Shown here piece after piece: positions 46,211-58,469 of a stretch of 64,000 bases of DNA (the stretch's first letter is position 1; each line of letters begins with the position of its first letter). Source of the DNA: Chrysomallon squamiferum (lineage: Eukaryota > Animalia > Mollusca). The notes under the pieces are model-generated. The model was not told the origin of the DNA. It saw only the letters and a program-made list of their open reading frames with translations, and searched no databases. The stretch is taken from assembly GCA_012295275.1 (NCBI GenBank), contig CM022666.1:8866001-8930000 (forward strand), in the 5' to 3' direction. Both the position numbers and the translations under genes were made by a program.

Positions 46211-46531
46211 AATGTTTTTCTTCTTTTTCTTTCTTTTTTTTATTTTATTTTTATTTTTTTATTTTTTCTAATTTTTCTTACGGATATTTTTCGGTATCTC
46301 TCTCTCTCTGTTTTTGTTTTTATGTTGTTGTTGTTTTTTGTTTCTTATAGTTAGTTATTGCTAAATTTATTCAGTGCTTTATATTAAATGAGTATGTTGT
46401 TGTTTTAATCAGTGTGTTTGCGTCCGAGGGTTTCTTAGGATTTACTTTGCTAACGACGTATTATCATTATTTCTAACACTCAGAGTAACAGATACAATAT
46501 TAATAATAATAATAGCAATAATAATAATAAA

Positions 46532-46570
<39 letters not shown>

Positions 46571-46821
46571 GCCTATGTCTATGTCTATGTCTATGTCTCT
46601 GTCTAAGTCTATGTCTATGTCTATGTCTATGTGTAGACCCGGTCAGATGCGGCTGACGAGACTCGAACGTATGCGCCCAGTCGCCCGCACTCCGAAGTTC
46701 GTCAGTCGCAGGCAGTCATCTCTTCCCTGGAAGCTCGCAGTTCTTTTGTCATGTGTGTATCTGTCTGTGTATGTGTGTATCTGTCTGTGTATGTATGTAT
46801 GCATAGATGTAAGTGTATGCA

Positions 46822-46857
<36 letters not shown>

Positions 46858-47109
46858 TACTTTGAGATCTCCAGCCTTCAGGTTTTAGTCTGTTTGTTCG
46901 CTGTTCCGATCACTGTTGCTAGTGTTCTGTTGTTGCCATCCTTTCTCTGCCTCAGATAGTTTTGTAACAAAGATGTGCATCGTATTTCAGCTGCGGTTAC
47001 CTAGGACACTCGTGTTTGTAATACATTATTGATCATGTCTTATAATCTTCTATTCGTCCTTTTCTTTCGTTTTTCGTTTTTTCTATTTTCATCTTTCATT
47101 GTTTTTCAG

Positions 47110-47807
47110 AATTCTTAAGCCAGACGATCAACAGGTCTGAGAAAATTGCAAGTCGTCTACGATTAACAGAAATGGAAGGACGTGTCAGTACGTCTGCCTC
47201 AGGTTTTGTTTTCCACGACAGTCTCGACATGGAAACTCTGCCTTGTCTCTCTTTTGGCGACGATATTTCCTTTGGGGATATTTCTTCACAAATCTCGACG
47301 TCTTCGTATGCAGATGATATAGACACATCCAAACAAACAAATTCCTTCGTAGCGGTAACTGGAAATTACAACGAAATAACCTCCGTCGTAAAAACAGGAT
47401 CATCCAAAATAAGGAACTCGTGCCTAACGACAGGATCCCACGAAATAAATTCTTTCGTAAAGTCTGGATTCCGTGAAAAAGGCTTCTTCGTAAAGACAGG
47501 TTCCTGTGAGAATGGCTCCGTCGTAAAGGCAGGATCCTTAAAGAAAATCTCCTTTACCGAGTCAAAAACACACAATATTTCTTACACACTCAAATTCCCG
47601 AAAGACCGAGCCGCATCTGTTGCTACACAAAGGAGCCGTCCTTACAGTTTTGTTCCGAGGTACTTTGCACGAAATCAAGAAGAGATAGACGCCGCGGCTC
47701 TGAGAATTGTGTTGTACTTAGAAACACTCGCAGACATGAGGTTGACGATATCAATGATCGAGCAGAGGCTGGGACTCTCACCAGTGCAAAAATCCGACAG
47801 TTTGTGA
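47110..47807 (+). CDS. Orphan Ser/Thr-rich protein, probable terminal exon (211 aa from ATG 47172), intact copy 1
   Basis: Open frame of non-simple sequence from the acceptor ttttcag| at about 47110 to TGA; AATAAA about 55 nt downstream; internal 11-12 aa repeats. No family recognised. Confidence 0.55.
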
Positions 47808-49504
47808 TTTGTTTTACTTTAAGACAGGAACAAGATACGTTATTACGAATTTAAATATCTTAATAAAACTGAACTGAAACATTATTCTTAGAGTTATTTT
47901 GTTTTTCTTTTCAATTTCTTCTTGCTTTTTATTATGTATTTTTTAATATTTTTGTTTTTCTCTTTCACTGTCTTTTTTTTTTCTTCATTCCGTCCTCTGT
48001 TCCACTTTTTCTAATATGTAGTGTTTTTATTAATTAAAAGAAAATATGAAATTGAAAAAGTTGTAAATGTTCATTGATTAAATATTATATAAATGCTGCC
48101 TGGTTTTCCTGGGTTATTTTCATCATTATTTTCATCATTATTTTCGTCATCATCATTTCATAATCATCATCGTTATAATCATTATTTTTATCATCACTAT
48201 CATCAGCACTCCTTATTATTATCATCATCTCAGTATTATTTACTTTATTTGTTTGTTGATGTTTTCCTTTTTCTTTTAGATTTCCTTTTAATTATTTTAT
48301 TTATTTTTTATTATCTATATTTTTATTTTTATTTTATTATAGTTTATTTAGTTTTATTTCATTTATCTATCTATCTATCTATTTCTACCTATCTGTTTGT
48401 TTGTTTGCTTGGTTGTTTGTGTACTAACTTATTTTCTTATTCATTTTATATCCTAACATTTAATTATATTTTTGTAATGATTTTTATCGTTATAACGGTA
48501 ACTTTAGGTAACATCTTGTTACTGCCCTAACCTTCCTAAAGAAATCAAAAGAAGCCAAACAAAACGAAAATAAGCTGAGACGAGACTCCACGATTGTCTC
48601 CCCTTATGAAAGGCTTTTATTCTTTCCTAATGCTAATGATTTCATGAGATAAAACAAATTGAGTCCGATAAGCTAGGCTTCCTACAGAATCAGCTGTGAC
48701 TACCACAGTGAAATGATGAGGTCGATGCACGAACTTCAGAAATACGTGAAAGTTGATGAGTTCGCAAGCGAGTGTTTCAAGTTGCTTAAGAAACTTAGAA
48801 ATTTTATCTAGCACTGGAGATACAAACTGCCGAGTCTGTATATTTATATATATATATTTACGTACATGCATACATAAATACGCATACACAAATAGCCACA
48901 ACCAGACAAACATATAGACCACATAACAAACATGTCTGTATTAAGAGTCTTACGCTTTAGAATATATATAAAAGACTGCTCAGTAACCGAGTGTGATCAT
49001 CGCTCGCCACCCGCGAAGGACGCCGTTCTGTTGTCTTTCGTCACTTTTGCATGCATCTAGTTTTTGTGGGAAACCTGGCACAGGCAACGTGTGTATTTTA
49101 CAACTTTGAATATTCTCTGTCGTATGTACGTCTGATTAGACTCCGCACACAGACAGTATTCGTGAACGCACAAGCACAGGAGAACAAAGTCCAATCACAA
49201 CCTCACAAACCCCGTCAGATGCCGATGACGAGATTGAAACATGGCATTCATTCGACCGTTTCTGTGTGTGTGTATACATATACAAATATATATATGCGCG
49301 TACACATGTTCATAATCAGTTTATATTATCATATATGTCTTTCTATGTATCAGTTATGTATATATCTGAAAGATATATGAGTATGTGTGTATGTGCTTGT
49401 CTCCATGTGTGTGCACAGACTGAAGTTTGTAGCATATATATTATTATGTGTTTATGTATGTGTGTGTGTGTGTGTGTCAGTGTATGTGTTTTTATGAGTG
49501 TGGA

Positions 49505-50560
49505 TATACCGGGTTGGCTAAGAAAACATCTTTTGAACTTTGATACTTCATAACCCAAAAACAAAATTTATAATATCAATAAAGCTTTCTAAAAATGTAC
49601 ATGACGAGAGACATAGATATTATCCATTACAAAACATTACTATCTCTTGTAAGTTTTATCTTAACCAAATTCAAAATTTGATACTACAAATCGAAGTTCC
49701 AGATTGCAAGAACGTTGTCGTTAGTCTACTTGAACCCAGATGATCAATGTGTCCTACATTTTCCTTGGTTACATCTAGTAGTCACTTTATCCAAATGCAG
49801 CTCTGAATCTCCTAATATATGTTCTTTTTCCATCTTTACTTGATTTTAGTTTATAATTCCTTCTTAGTGAACTTGTCTATTCGATCTCTGTGTACATTTT
49901 CCCTCACTGAATTTTACAAGCAGTAATTCATTTGTTTTTAATCCGGGCTTTCAGGTGGCCATTTATTCATCTTTATTCATGAGTGCTGGTGCTGCATGTT
50001 GTTAAAAAATAAAGTCATTGTCGGTGAATAAATAGTTTTAGTCTTTAAGTAACTTAATCTAAATCTCAAAACTGACTTTAGTTGTCTTAGTGTAAGTGTT
50101 GTAGATCCTCGATTTTCCACGCCACAAAACTCCTGAACTTTCACATTTTTTTCTCACTCTCTTTACTGATGATATATTTCACTTCTTTCCTGGAAATTCC
50201 TTATGTTTCATGCAATGAGGCATCGTTTTTCAGTGAAACAAGTTGTAATTAAGTCCTTATCCTAGTGGACAGTACCGTCCTGCTTGTGATCTAATGAAAA
50301 CCAATACTAAAATGACTGAAACCATGATTTGTCTTTTAATCCACAACTTTTGTCTGTTTACTCCTCAGCCAAACGACATTTGATTGACAGGTGTCACTGC
50401 ACTGCAATCAGAGACATGATGCGGAAGTCAGTTCATAATATGCTATTTTCAAAAAATAATTTGTAAAAACAATTTAGGTTCTATGTAAAAATATTTATTT
50501 ATGTAAAAGGATAGCAAATTGAAGGTCTTTTATCATGTAAAGAGTTATAAAGTTTCAAAA
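49505..50560 (-). mobile_element. Decayed Tc1/mariner-superfamily DNA transposon, copy 2
   Basis: Near-identical to 39860-40750. Left end TATACCGGGTTGGCTAAG resembles TA-flanked termini of maT/rosa-type elements. Fragments of the same end occur at 56771 and 60840. Confidence 0.7.
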
Positions 50561-51954
50561 TAAATTTGATCAAATACGACATATTATCAATCTGAGTGGG
50601 GTTTTTAGGATGGGAATGTTGTTATTTTTATTGTTTTGTTGTAGTCCTTGGTGGTGTTGGTGGTGGTCGTGGAGGTAGTCCTATCTTTATTTTAATGGTA
50701 ATACGTTTAGCCTGTATTTATTTGAATAGTTTAAATATTATTAATTTAATGGTAAATGTGATGTCAGTACTGGTAATAAATAGTTGTATTAGTACTAGCA
50801 GTAGCTGTAGTAGTAGTAGTAGAAGTAACAGTAATAGTAGTTGTAATAGTAGTAGCACTAATAGTATAAGTAGCAGCAGCAGTAGTAGTAGTAGTACTAG
50901 TAGTAATAGCAGTACTACTAGTAGTAGTAGTCTTTTAAAACACAGAGGGAGAAAAGGAAATAATTCTTCTTAGAAATTACTTTCTTTGTTTCTTTTGTTT
51001 GTTTGTTTGTTTGTTTGTTTGTTTGTTTGTTTTGTTTTTGTTATTGTTGTTCTTGTTCTGGTTGTTACTACTATACTATTACTACTTCAAATGCATTATT
51101 ATTGTTATTATTATTATTACTATTATTATTATCATCATTATTATTATTGTATTATCACTACTACTGCTGCTGCTGCTATCACTATTATTTATGTTTTATT
51201 ATTATTGTTGTTGTTGTTCTTCTTAATGTTGTTTATAAAAAATAACGAAAGAAATAGCTTTAAAATATTCTGTCAGAGTACAAGATATTATGAACATATT
51301 AATATGTATTACAGTTTTATTAGGCTAAATTTAAAATGTAATAAAAATCCAAATTTATGTATGTGTATGCATGTGTGTGTTTATATTTAAGGCTGTGTGT
51401 GTGTGTGTGTGTGTGTGTGTCTGCGTGCGTATTTTGTACTTTGAGATCTCCAGCCTTCAGGTTTTAGTCTGTTTGTTCGCTGTTCCGATCACTGTTGCTA
51501 CTATTCTGTTGTTGCCATCCTTTCTCTGCCTCAAATAGTTTTGTAACAAAGATGTGATCGTATATAACTGCGGTTACCTAGGAAACTCATGATTGTAATA
51601 CATTATTGATAACGTCACATAATCTTCTATTCGTCCTTTTCTTTCGTTTTTCCTTCTTTTTTCTTCTGCTTTTTCCTCATTCTTCATTCTTCTCTTATAA
51701 AGGATATAATACGAATAGTTGTAGTAGTAGTAGTAGCAGCAGTAGTAGTAGTAGCAGCAGCAGCAGCAGTAGTAGTAGCTACGTGATTATTATTAAAAAT
51801 ATTGTTTTTGCTGTTTGTTTGTATACTCTTTTTGTTTTAATTTTTGCCTGTTGTTGCTCGAGTAATGTTATTGCTGATGTTGTTATTCCTCTTATTGCTA
51901 ACGTTACGGCGTGTTTTATTTTTTAACGATCTTTATTTTATTTTCATCTTTCAG

Positions 51955-52120
51955 AATTCTTAAGCGAGACGATAAACAGGTCTGAGAAAATTGCAAGTCG
52001 TCTACGATTAACAGAAATGGAAGGACGTGTCACTACGTCTGTCTCTGGTTTTGTTTTCCACGACAGTCTCGACGTGGAAACACCGCGTTGTCTCTGTTTT
52101 GGCGACGATATTTCCTTTGG
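51955..52120 (+). pseudogene. 3'-truncated copy of the orphan Ser/Thr-rich exon
   Basis: Counterpart of 42125-42293 in duplication unit 2. Confidence 0.7.
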
Positions 52121-53007
52121 AAAGATTTATTATCTAAAACGATAGTTATTTGCAATGTCTTTCATCATGAAAAGTGTTAGAAAGTTCGAGTTTATATTTT
52201 TTGAAGTACGAGGTACTAGTGATGTTTTTCAGGTGGGAATGCTGTGTTTTGATTGTTTTGTTGTAGTTGTTGGTGGTGGTGGTGCTGGTGGTGGTATACT
52301 GATTTTTTATTATAATGGTATTACGTTTAGCCTGTACATATTGAAAAATTTAATTATTGCTAATTTAATGGTAAAAGTGATGCCTATGCTGGTAATAAAT
52401 AGTCGTATTAGTACTTGTTTCTTATTGTTGTTCTTCTTGTTACTACTACTAATGCATTATTATTGTTACTATTGTTATTACTAATATTATTATCATCATC
52501 ATGAATTTCATTATTATAGTATTATCACTTCTACTGCTGCTGCTGCTATTACTATTATTAATGTTTTATTAATAGTGTTATTATTGCTATTGTTGTTTCT
52601 GTTGTTTACAAAAAAAATAACGAAAGAAATAGCTTTGAAATATTATTGATTCATTCAGAGTACAAGATATTATGAACAATTAATAATTATTACAATTTTT
52701 ACTTATTTTATTAAGCTAAATTTAAAATATAATAAAAATCCAAATATAATGTTAACCAATTATTGTGAAATAATAATAACTAAAGGTGGAAAAAAATGTA
52801 TTATTAATATTATTCAGTTAATGATCAGTTCAGTAACGAAAGTAAATAAAATGTCGTAAGATGAAGAATTAATGTAAACACTATTCGTACAGCAATTAGC
52901 GTACAAAACTAAAAACATTCGTCAGTTTCATCTTTTTATAATAAAATGTCGTTTGTCAATTTGGTCCGCGGTTTAGACTTTATCCAACAGCAACATCCGG
53001 GATGTTG

Positions 53008-53256
53008 TTAGCTGTAAGAAGGACATCTGTCGAAACAGGCCATCCTCTCCTCCCTGCACGTCTTTGTACACTCGCGGTACGACTGACGCCTCGGCATGTT
53101 TGCCCCGGGGTTACCAGAGCCACACCCATTCTGCTCCGCACATTCGTAAAAGCGGTCAAAACAGCGTGCGCGGCACTGAACAATTCCGGCTGATGTCTGT
53201 TCAGAAAGCAGCAACAGCGACAACGCCACCAGCACCAGTGTAGTTTTGAACATCAT
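53008..53256 (-). CDS. Secreted cysteine-rich peptide, copy 2 (identical protein to copy 1)
   Basis: Same 82-aa translation and same acceptor context as 45516-45764. Confidence 0.88.
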   Translation of the reverse strand: MMFKTTLVLVALSLLLLSEQTSAGIVQCRARCFDRFYECAEQNGCGSGNPGANMPRRQSYRECTKTCREERMACFDRCPSYS

Positions 53257-53851
53257 ACTGAACACTGTTTAAAATAATAAAAATTTTAATTTTACAGAAA
53301 TAATCATCATCAACAGTAATAACCTCATAATCATATGATTTTGTTATTTTTCCTTTCACCACGGAAACGGAAAACAAATACATAATTATTCATAAATACA
53401 TATTTGTCAGTATTTTTCTTATACTTCTTCTTTATAATAATAATAAGAAGAAGAAGAACAACAACAACAACAAAAACAAGAAGAAGAAGAAAAACAACAA
53501 CAACAACAGTATTATTATTATTATTATATAAATGTTTTTCTTCTTTTTCTTTCTTTTTTTTATTTTATTTCTATTTTTTTATTTTTTCTAATTTTTCTTA
53601 CGGATATTTTTCGGTATCTCTCTCTCTCTGTTTTTGTTTTTATGTTGTTGTTGTTTTTTGTTTCTTATAGTTAGTTATTGCTAAATTTATTCAGTGCTTT
53701 ATATTAAATGAGTATGTTGTTGTTTTAATCAGTGTGTTTGCGTCCGAGGGTTTCTTAAGATTTACTTTGCTAACGACGTATTATCATTATTTCTAACACT
53801 CAGAGTAACAGATACAATATTAATAATAATAATAGCAATAATAATAATAAA

Positions 53852-53887
<36 letters not shown>

Positions 53888-54132
53888 GCCTATGTCTATG
53901 TCTATGTCTATGTCTATGTCTATGTCTATGTCTATGTCTATGTGTAGACCCGGTCAGATGCGGCTGACGAGACTCGAACGTATGCGCCCAGTCGCCCGCA
54001 CTCCGAAGTTCGTCAGTCGCAGGCAGTCATCTCTTCCCTGGAAGCTCACAGTTCTTTTGTCATGTGTGTATCTGTCTGTGTATGTGTGTATCTGTCTGTG
54101 TATGTATGTATGCATAGATGTAAGTGTATGCA

Positions 54133-54178
<46 letters not shown>

Positions 54179-54430
54179 TACTTTGAGATCTCCAGCCTTC
54201 AGATTTTAGTCTGTTTGTTCGCTGTTCCGATCACTGTTGCTAGTGTTCTGTTGTTGCCATCCTTTCTCTGCCTCAGATAGTTTTGTAACAAAGATGTGCA
54301 TCGTATTTCAGCTGCAGTTACCTAGGACACTCGTGTTTGTAATACATTATTGATCATGTCTTATAATCTTCTATTCGTCCTTTTCTTTCGTTTTTTGTTT
54401 TTTCTATTTTCATCTTTCATTGTTTTTCAG

Positions 54431-55128
54431 AATTCTTAAGCCAGACGATCAACAGGTCTGAGAAAATTGCAAGTCGTCTACGATTAACAGAAATGGAAGG
54501 ACGTGTCAGTACGTCTGCCTCAGGTTTTGTTTTCCACGACAGTCTCGACATGGAAACTCTGCCTTGTCTCTCTTTTGGCGACGATATTTCCTTTGGGGAT
54601 ATTTCTTCACAAATCTCGACGTCTTCGTATGCAGATGATATAGACACATCCAAACAAACAAATTCCTTCGTAGCGGTAACTGGAAATTACAACGAAATAA
54701 CCTCCGTCGTAAAAACAGGATCATCCAAAATAAGGAACTCGTGCCTAACGACAGGATCCCACGAAATAAATTCTTTCGTAAAGTCTGGATTCAGTGAAAA
54801 AGGCTCTTTCCTAAAGACAGGTTCCTGTGAGAATGGCTCCGTCGTAAAGGCAGGATCCTTAAAGAAAATCTCCTTTACCGAGTCAAACACACACAATATT
54901 TCTTACACACTCAAATTCCCGAAAGACCGAGCCGCAACTGTTGCTACACAAAGGAGCCGTCCTTACAGTTTTGTTCGGAGGTACTTTGCACGAAATCAAG
55001 AAGAGATAGACGCCGCGGCTCTGAGAATTGTGTTGTACTTAGAAACACTCGCAGACATGAGGTTGACGATATCAATGATCGAGCAGAGGCTGGGACTCTC
55101 ACCAGTGCAAAAATCCGACAGTTTGTGA
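54431..55128 (+). CDS. Orphan Ser/Thr-rich protein, probable terminal exon (211 aa from ATG 54493), intact copy 2
   Basis: Differs from copy 1 at 6 amino acids; same acceptor and downstream AATAAA. Confidence 0.55.
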
Positions 55129-56862
55129 TCTGTTTTACTTTAAGACAGGAACAAGATACGTTATTACGAATTTAAATATCTTAATAAAACTGAACTGAAA
55201 CATTATTCTTAGAGTTATTTTGTTTTTCTTTTCAATTTCTTCTTGCTTTTAATTATGTATTTTTTATTCTTTGTTTTTCTCTTTCACTGTCTTTTTTTTT
55301 TCTTCATTCCGTCCTCTGTTCCACTTTTTCTAATATCTAGTGTTTTTATTAATTAAAAGAAAATATGAAATTGAAAAAGTTGTAAATGTTCATTGATTAA
55401 ATATTATATAAATGCTGCCTAGTTTTCCTGGGTTATTTTCATCATTATTTTCGTCATCATCATTTCATAATCATCATCGTTATAATCATTATTTTTATCA
55501 TCACTATCATCAGCACTCCTTATTATTATCATCATCTCAGTATTATTTACTTTATTTGTTTGTTGATGTTTTCCTTTTAATTATTTTATTTATTTTTTAT
55601 TATCTATATTTTTATTTTTATTTTATTATAGTTTATTTAGTTTTATTTCATTTATCTATCTATCTATCTATCTATCTACCTATGTGTTTGTTTGTTTGCT
55701 TGGTTGTTTGTGTACTAACTTATTTTCTTATTCATTTTATATCCTAACATTTAATTATATTTTTATAATTATTTTTATCGTTATAACGGTAACTTTAGGT
55801 AACATCTTCTTGCTGCCCTAACCTTCCTAAAGAAATCAAAAGACGCCAAACAAAACGAAAATAAGCTGAGACGAGACTCCACGATTGTCTCCCCTTATGA
55901 AAGGCTTTTATTCTTTCCTAATGCTAATGATTTCATGAGACAAAACAAACTGAGTCCGATAAGCTAGGCTTCTTGCAGAATCAGCTGTGACTACTACAGT
56001 GAAAGGATGAGGTCGATGCACGAACTTCAGAAATACGTGAAAGTTGATGAGTTCGCAAGCGAGTGTTTCAAGTTGCTTAAGAAACTTAGAAATTTTATCT
56101 AGCACTGGAGATACAAACTGCCGAGTCTGTATATTTATATATATATATTTACGTACATGCATACATAAATACGCATACACAAATAGCCACAACCAGACAA
56201 ACATATAGACATACATAACAAACATGTAGAATATATATAAAAGATTGCTCAGTAACCGAGTGTGATCATCGCTCCCCACCCGCGAAGGACGCCGTTCTGT
56301 TGTCTTTCGTCACTTTTGCATGCATCTAGTTTTTGTGGGAAACCTGGCACAGGCAACGTGTGTATTTTACAACTTTGAATATTCTCTGTCGTATGTACGT
56401 CTGATTAGACTCCGCACACAGACAGTATTCGTGAACGTACAAGCACAGGAGAACAAAGTCCAATCACAACCTCACAAACCCCGTCAGATGCCGATGACGA
56501 GATTGAAACATGGCATTCATTCGACCGTTTCTGTGTGTGTGTATACATATACAAATATATATATGCGCGTACACATGTTCATAATGAGTTTATATTATCA
56601 TATATGTCTTTCTATGTATCAGTTATGTATATATCTGAAAGATATATGAGTATGTGTGTATGTGCTTGTCTCCATGTGTGTGCACAGACTGAAGTTTGTA
56701 GCATATATATTATTATGTGTTTATGTATGTGTGTGTGTATGTGTCAATGTATGTGTTTTTATGAGTGTGGATATACCGGGTTGGCTAAGAAAACATCTTT
56801 TGAACTTTGATACTTCATAACCCAAAAACAAAATTACTTTTGTTTTCTTTATTTTTGTTCTA

Positions 56863-56978
<116 letters not shown>

Positions 56979-58199
56979 GATTTAAGCAAACTAACAAAAG
57001 ATAAAAAACGAAACCGATAATTTAAAATCGCTTTTTTCTTTTAACTTTTTGATTATAATTCTTTGTTGTTTTTATTTCTTCTAAGGTGTTTTGTTTCTTC
57101 CTTTGTTAGCTTGCTTTTATAGTTAGTTACTGCTATATTTCTTCACTGCTTTATATTAAATGAGTATGTTTTTGTTTTAGTCAGTGTGTTTGCGTCCGAG
57201 GGTTTTTTAGAATTTAATTAGCTAACGCAGTATTATTATTATTTCTAACTCTCAGCGTTACAGATAAAATATTAATAAAAATTATTATTATTATTATTGT
57301 TTTTCTGTCTGTGTGTATTCTTTGCAAAATCTCTCTACCTAATTGAACTATCTATTTATCTGTCCATATGTCTGTCCATGTGTCTATTTATTACAACTCT
57401 TTAACTATACATGTAGCTATAGTTATTAAAATAAAGATATTTAGAATGCATGCAGTATGAATTATAAAATTTTTATTCGATCTAAAATATAAATTAAAAA
57501 CGCTTACCTAAACAGACGTTTCAAGTTACGAAATCACTCTCGTTCTCTGAAGCTGTAAAATGAACTCGTTTCAACTTGCGTTGCTTGTTTTATTAAAACA
57601 ATTTGGCAAATTACAGCCGAATAATAAGCTAATTAATATCCATTTTATAACGAAATGTTCCATTAAAGTCATTATTTACAATCATTGCCAATGCAAATGT
57701 GATTGTATTTATGGTTTCTGATTAATGAAATGGATAATTTAGGAAGTTTTTCAAATGTCACTCGAGAACGCTACAGTCACTGCTTAGAAGTTATTCCAAT
57801 TTATTCCCATAATGAAACAGTTAACATTTGAAAATGCCAAATTCCTATGTACAGTATAGATACAAGTAAGACAGAAAGTACATTTGAAACAGACTGTTCT
57901 TACATCGTTTCATTATAACCATTTCGACGAAAACGAAATGCTGAGATTTTCCCATTCTCTTAACTGATTGTTACAATAAATGTGTTCATTATTTTTATTG
58001 AACGAGATTGTCGCTATAATTATTTTATTTCATAAATATCATGTATGTATGTATTTATGTATTTAAGAATTAAAATACGTACTGGCTCGTGACTGTTTTA
58101 TCTTAGAAATAAATAATAATTTTTTAATTTTAACTCTAGGGATTCGATGTCATTTAAAGTTGTCATGTAGATGTGCTGTGCTTCTTTTCATTTTGATGC

Positions 58200-58417
58200 T
58201 GTAGGTTGTTTTTGGTAAAACCTATGTAGTTTAGGATTTGAATGTTCTCTGAGTTATGTACGTCTGATTAAAACTCTGCACATAGATAACATTCGGGAAC
58301 ACACTGTATGTATGTATGTATGTATGTACGTACGTACGTACGTATGTATTGATGTATGTAGGTCTGTGGATGTATGTATGTATGTGTGTATGTGTGTATA
58401 TTTATGTATTTGTATAG

Positions 58418-58469
<52 letters not shown>

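Larger units (their letters stand above)
39770..49570. repeat. Tandem segmental duplication unit 1 (about 9.8 kb, with an internal sub-duplication at about 42.4-44.3 kb)
   Basis: Colinear high identity to unit 2: 39860~49664, 40785~50596, 42125~51955, 45516~53008, 47172~54493, 49051~56320. Confidence 0.9.
49570..56835. repeat. Tandem segmental duplication unit 2 (about 7.3 kb)
   Basis: Colinear with unit 1 but lacking about 42.4-44.3 kb and about 44.7-45.0 kb; ends at CCCAAAAACAAAATT just before the (CT)n at about 56865. Confidence 0.9.

Noticed and set aside
48690-48812. Helical-looking frame DYHSEMMRSMHELQKYVKVDEFASECFKLLKKLRNFI (also about 55990 and 60570)
   Set aside because: Surrounded by stops, no convincing splice sites or family match; repeated only because of the segmental duplication.
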